The position numbers and the translations under genes are program-made. The notes under the pieces were generated by a model. It ran no database searches. It was not told where the DNA came from and saw only the letters and a program-made list of their open reading frames with translations. This document shows, piece after piece, positions 62,584 through 64,000 of a stretch of 64,000 nucleotides of DNA. How positions within the stretch are numbered: the first letter of the stretch is position 1; each line of letters starts with the position of its first letter. Source of the DNA: Vicugna vicugna (taxonomy: Eukaryota); NCBI GenBank assembly GCA_013265495.1, contig MU057744.1, forward strand, positions 1,997,370 to 2,061,369, in the 5' to 3' direction.

Positions 62584-64000
62584 TCTTCACTGAACTTGCC
62601 ACCACATGGTCTCTATGAAGAACACACATCATAGTAAGACTGGCTTAGAGTACAGCAGCCTGGCCCCGGGTCACAAGAGCCCCAGACAGGTCACGGAGTC
62701 GGAAGCAGTGTGGTGGCACCTTCCTGGGCACCAGGCGAGGCCACACGTGCACCCGGGCTCCGTCCTGTTCCCACACCGACTACTGGAGCTCCGGAGCAAG
62801 GTGTAGCCCGGGGAAGCGTTCCTCACCACCTCATGTCAGCCTTGACGTGACGGGCTGCTCCACGTGGGAGGTCTGGAGGTAATGACCTGCTATTTTTGTT
62901 GTGACAAATTACCATGTTGGAAACAGGAGAGGACAGTCAGAGGGTAACCAGGCACCCGCTGAGGGATGGAGGAGCCCGGGCGGGGACCGCAGCGCGGCAG
63001 CCTGATGCTCACGGATGCAGCGGCAGTCACGTCCCAGGATGCCGTCTTTTCCTGTGATGCCCGCACACGGACAGCTGGGTTCTCACACGCCCAGAAAATA
63101 CTGTTCTGGATGTGGAAGGCTTTCCTTTGGCAAACTCGAGAATGAAGTATCAGCATAGAAACAGGGGCAGCAAACCACTTCTGTTTCCAGAATGATTCCA
63201 ACTGTGTTCTCTGAACACATGAAGAAAAAACAATTAAGCTTTGAAACGGGTAACACTGTGCATGTTTGATGATTCATGTTGTGCTTAGAGTGTAAGCTGG
63301 CCACCGCCTCTCACCTCACTCCCTGGGGGTAAGAGATGGAGGCAATTGTGCAAACGCTTGGAGGCTCTGCAGCCAGGAGCAGGCAGTGAAACATACTGAA
63401 ATAAGAATTGGAATTAAGTTTCCTTGGTCACACATTGTAAAAAATTGATGATGATTCTGTCAGAAGCAGACACTGAGAATTCTTTGATGTATAATAAATG
63501 CTTGTCACTAAGTGTGAAGAGCCACAGAGTGCAAACAAGTTAGTATTTCGCAGAGATGAGGATGAATGCTGGGCGTAGCCCCTGTTCACGTGCCTTGTCA
63601 ATGCGTGGGCTTCCTGACTTGTGCTTATTTAGCTCATGTGAACGGGGATGGATGGCTACTTTCCTCGGTTGAAGTAAATGGCCTTTGGCTTCACTTGGCT
63701 GTTGCAGGAGGCACCCCGGGACCACACTGATTATCTGGGGCTGACTTAGACTCTGTTGCATGCTGCCTGCTTTGTGCTAAGAGGTTCTGCAAATTCCCCG
63801 TATGTCAGAGGAGTCAAAGTGAGCTTCTGGTTTTCGTCCTGTCTTGTGTGTGGCGGGGCCAGGAGTCAGGGTGTAGGGAAGGGCAGCTTCGCAGGCCCTG
63901 GGCACGTGGGGAGCCACTTCCCAGAACCCGGGCGAGCTGAGGTCCTAGAGTGGCCGGCAGGGTGCTTGTCACAATTGCTTTTCTTCTCTCATGTTTCTGG

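Overview
Mammalian genomic DNA, most likely camelid (alpaca/llama/camel), judged from many tRNA-derived SINEs that resemble the Vic-1 family. Two convergent genes are present. (1) The last five coding exons and 3' UTR of the cardiac ryanodine receptor RYR2 on the + strand (7205-12302; poly(A) signals at 13487 and 13588). (2) The oocyte zona pellucida glycoprotein ZP4 on the - strand, with all 12 coding exons (ATG at 44599, stop at 38004, about 539 aa). RYR2-ZP4 is the known mammalian synteny block. The rest is intronic or intergenic and filled with L1, L2, MIR, MaLR/ERV LTRs, MER DNA transposons and SINEs; there is a 296-N assembly gap inside an intergenic CpG island. The main anomaly is that ZP4 exon 9 lacks its last codons and its GT donor and runs straight into a poly-C (G-quadruplex) tract. 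This is either a real splice-disrupting lesion or an assembly collapse. Also notable are sharply localized AT->GC rewriting of old L1 copies (possible GC-biased gene conversion hotspots), an intact solo ERV LTR with CCAAT and octamer arrays next to a near-consensus CTCF site, and two twin-primed inverted L1 insertions. I found no convincing evidence for a wholly novel biological system. Repeat family names come from recognising consensus-like sequence by eye and need Dfam/RepeatMasker confirmation.
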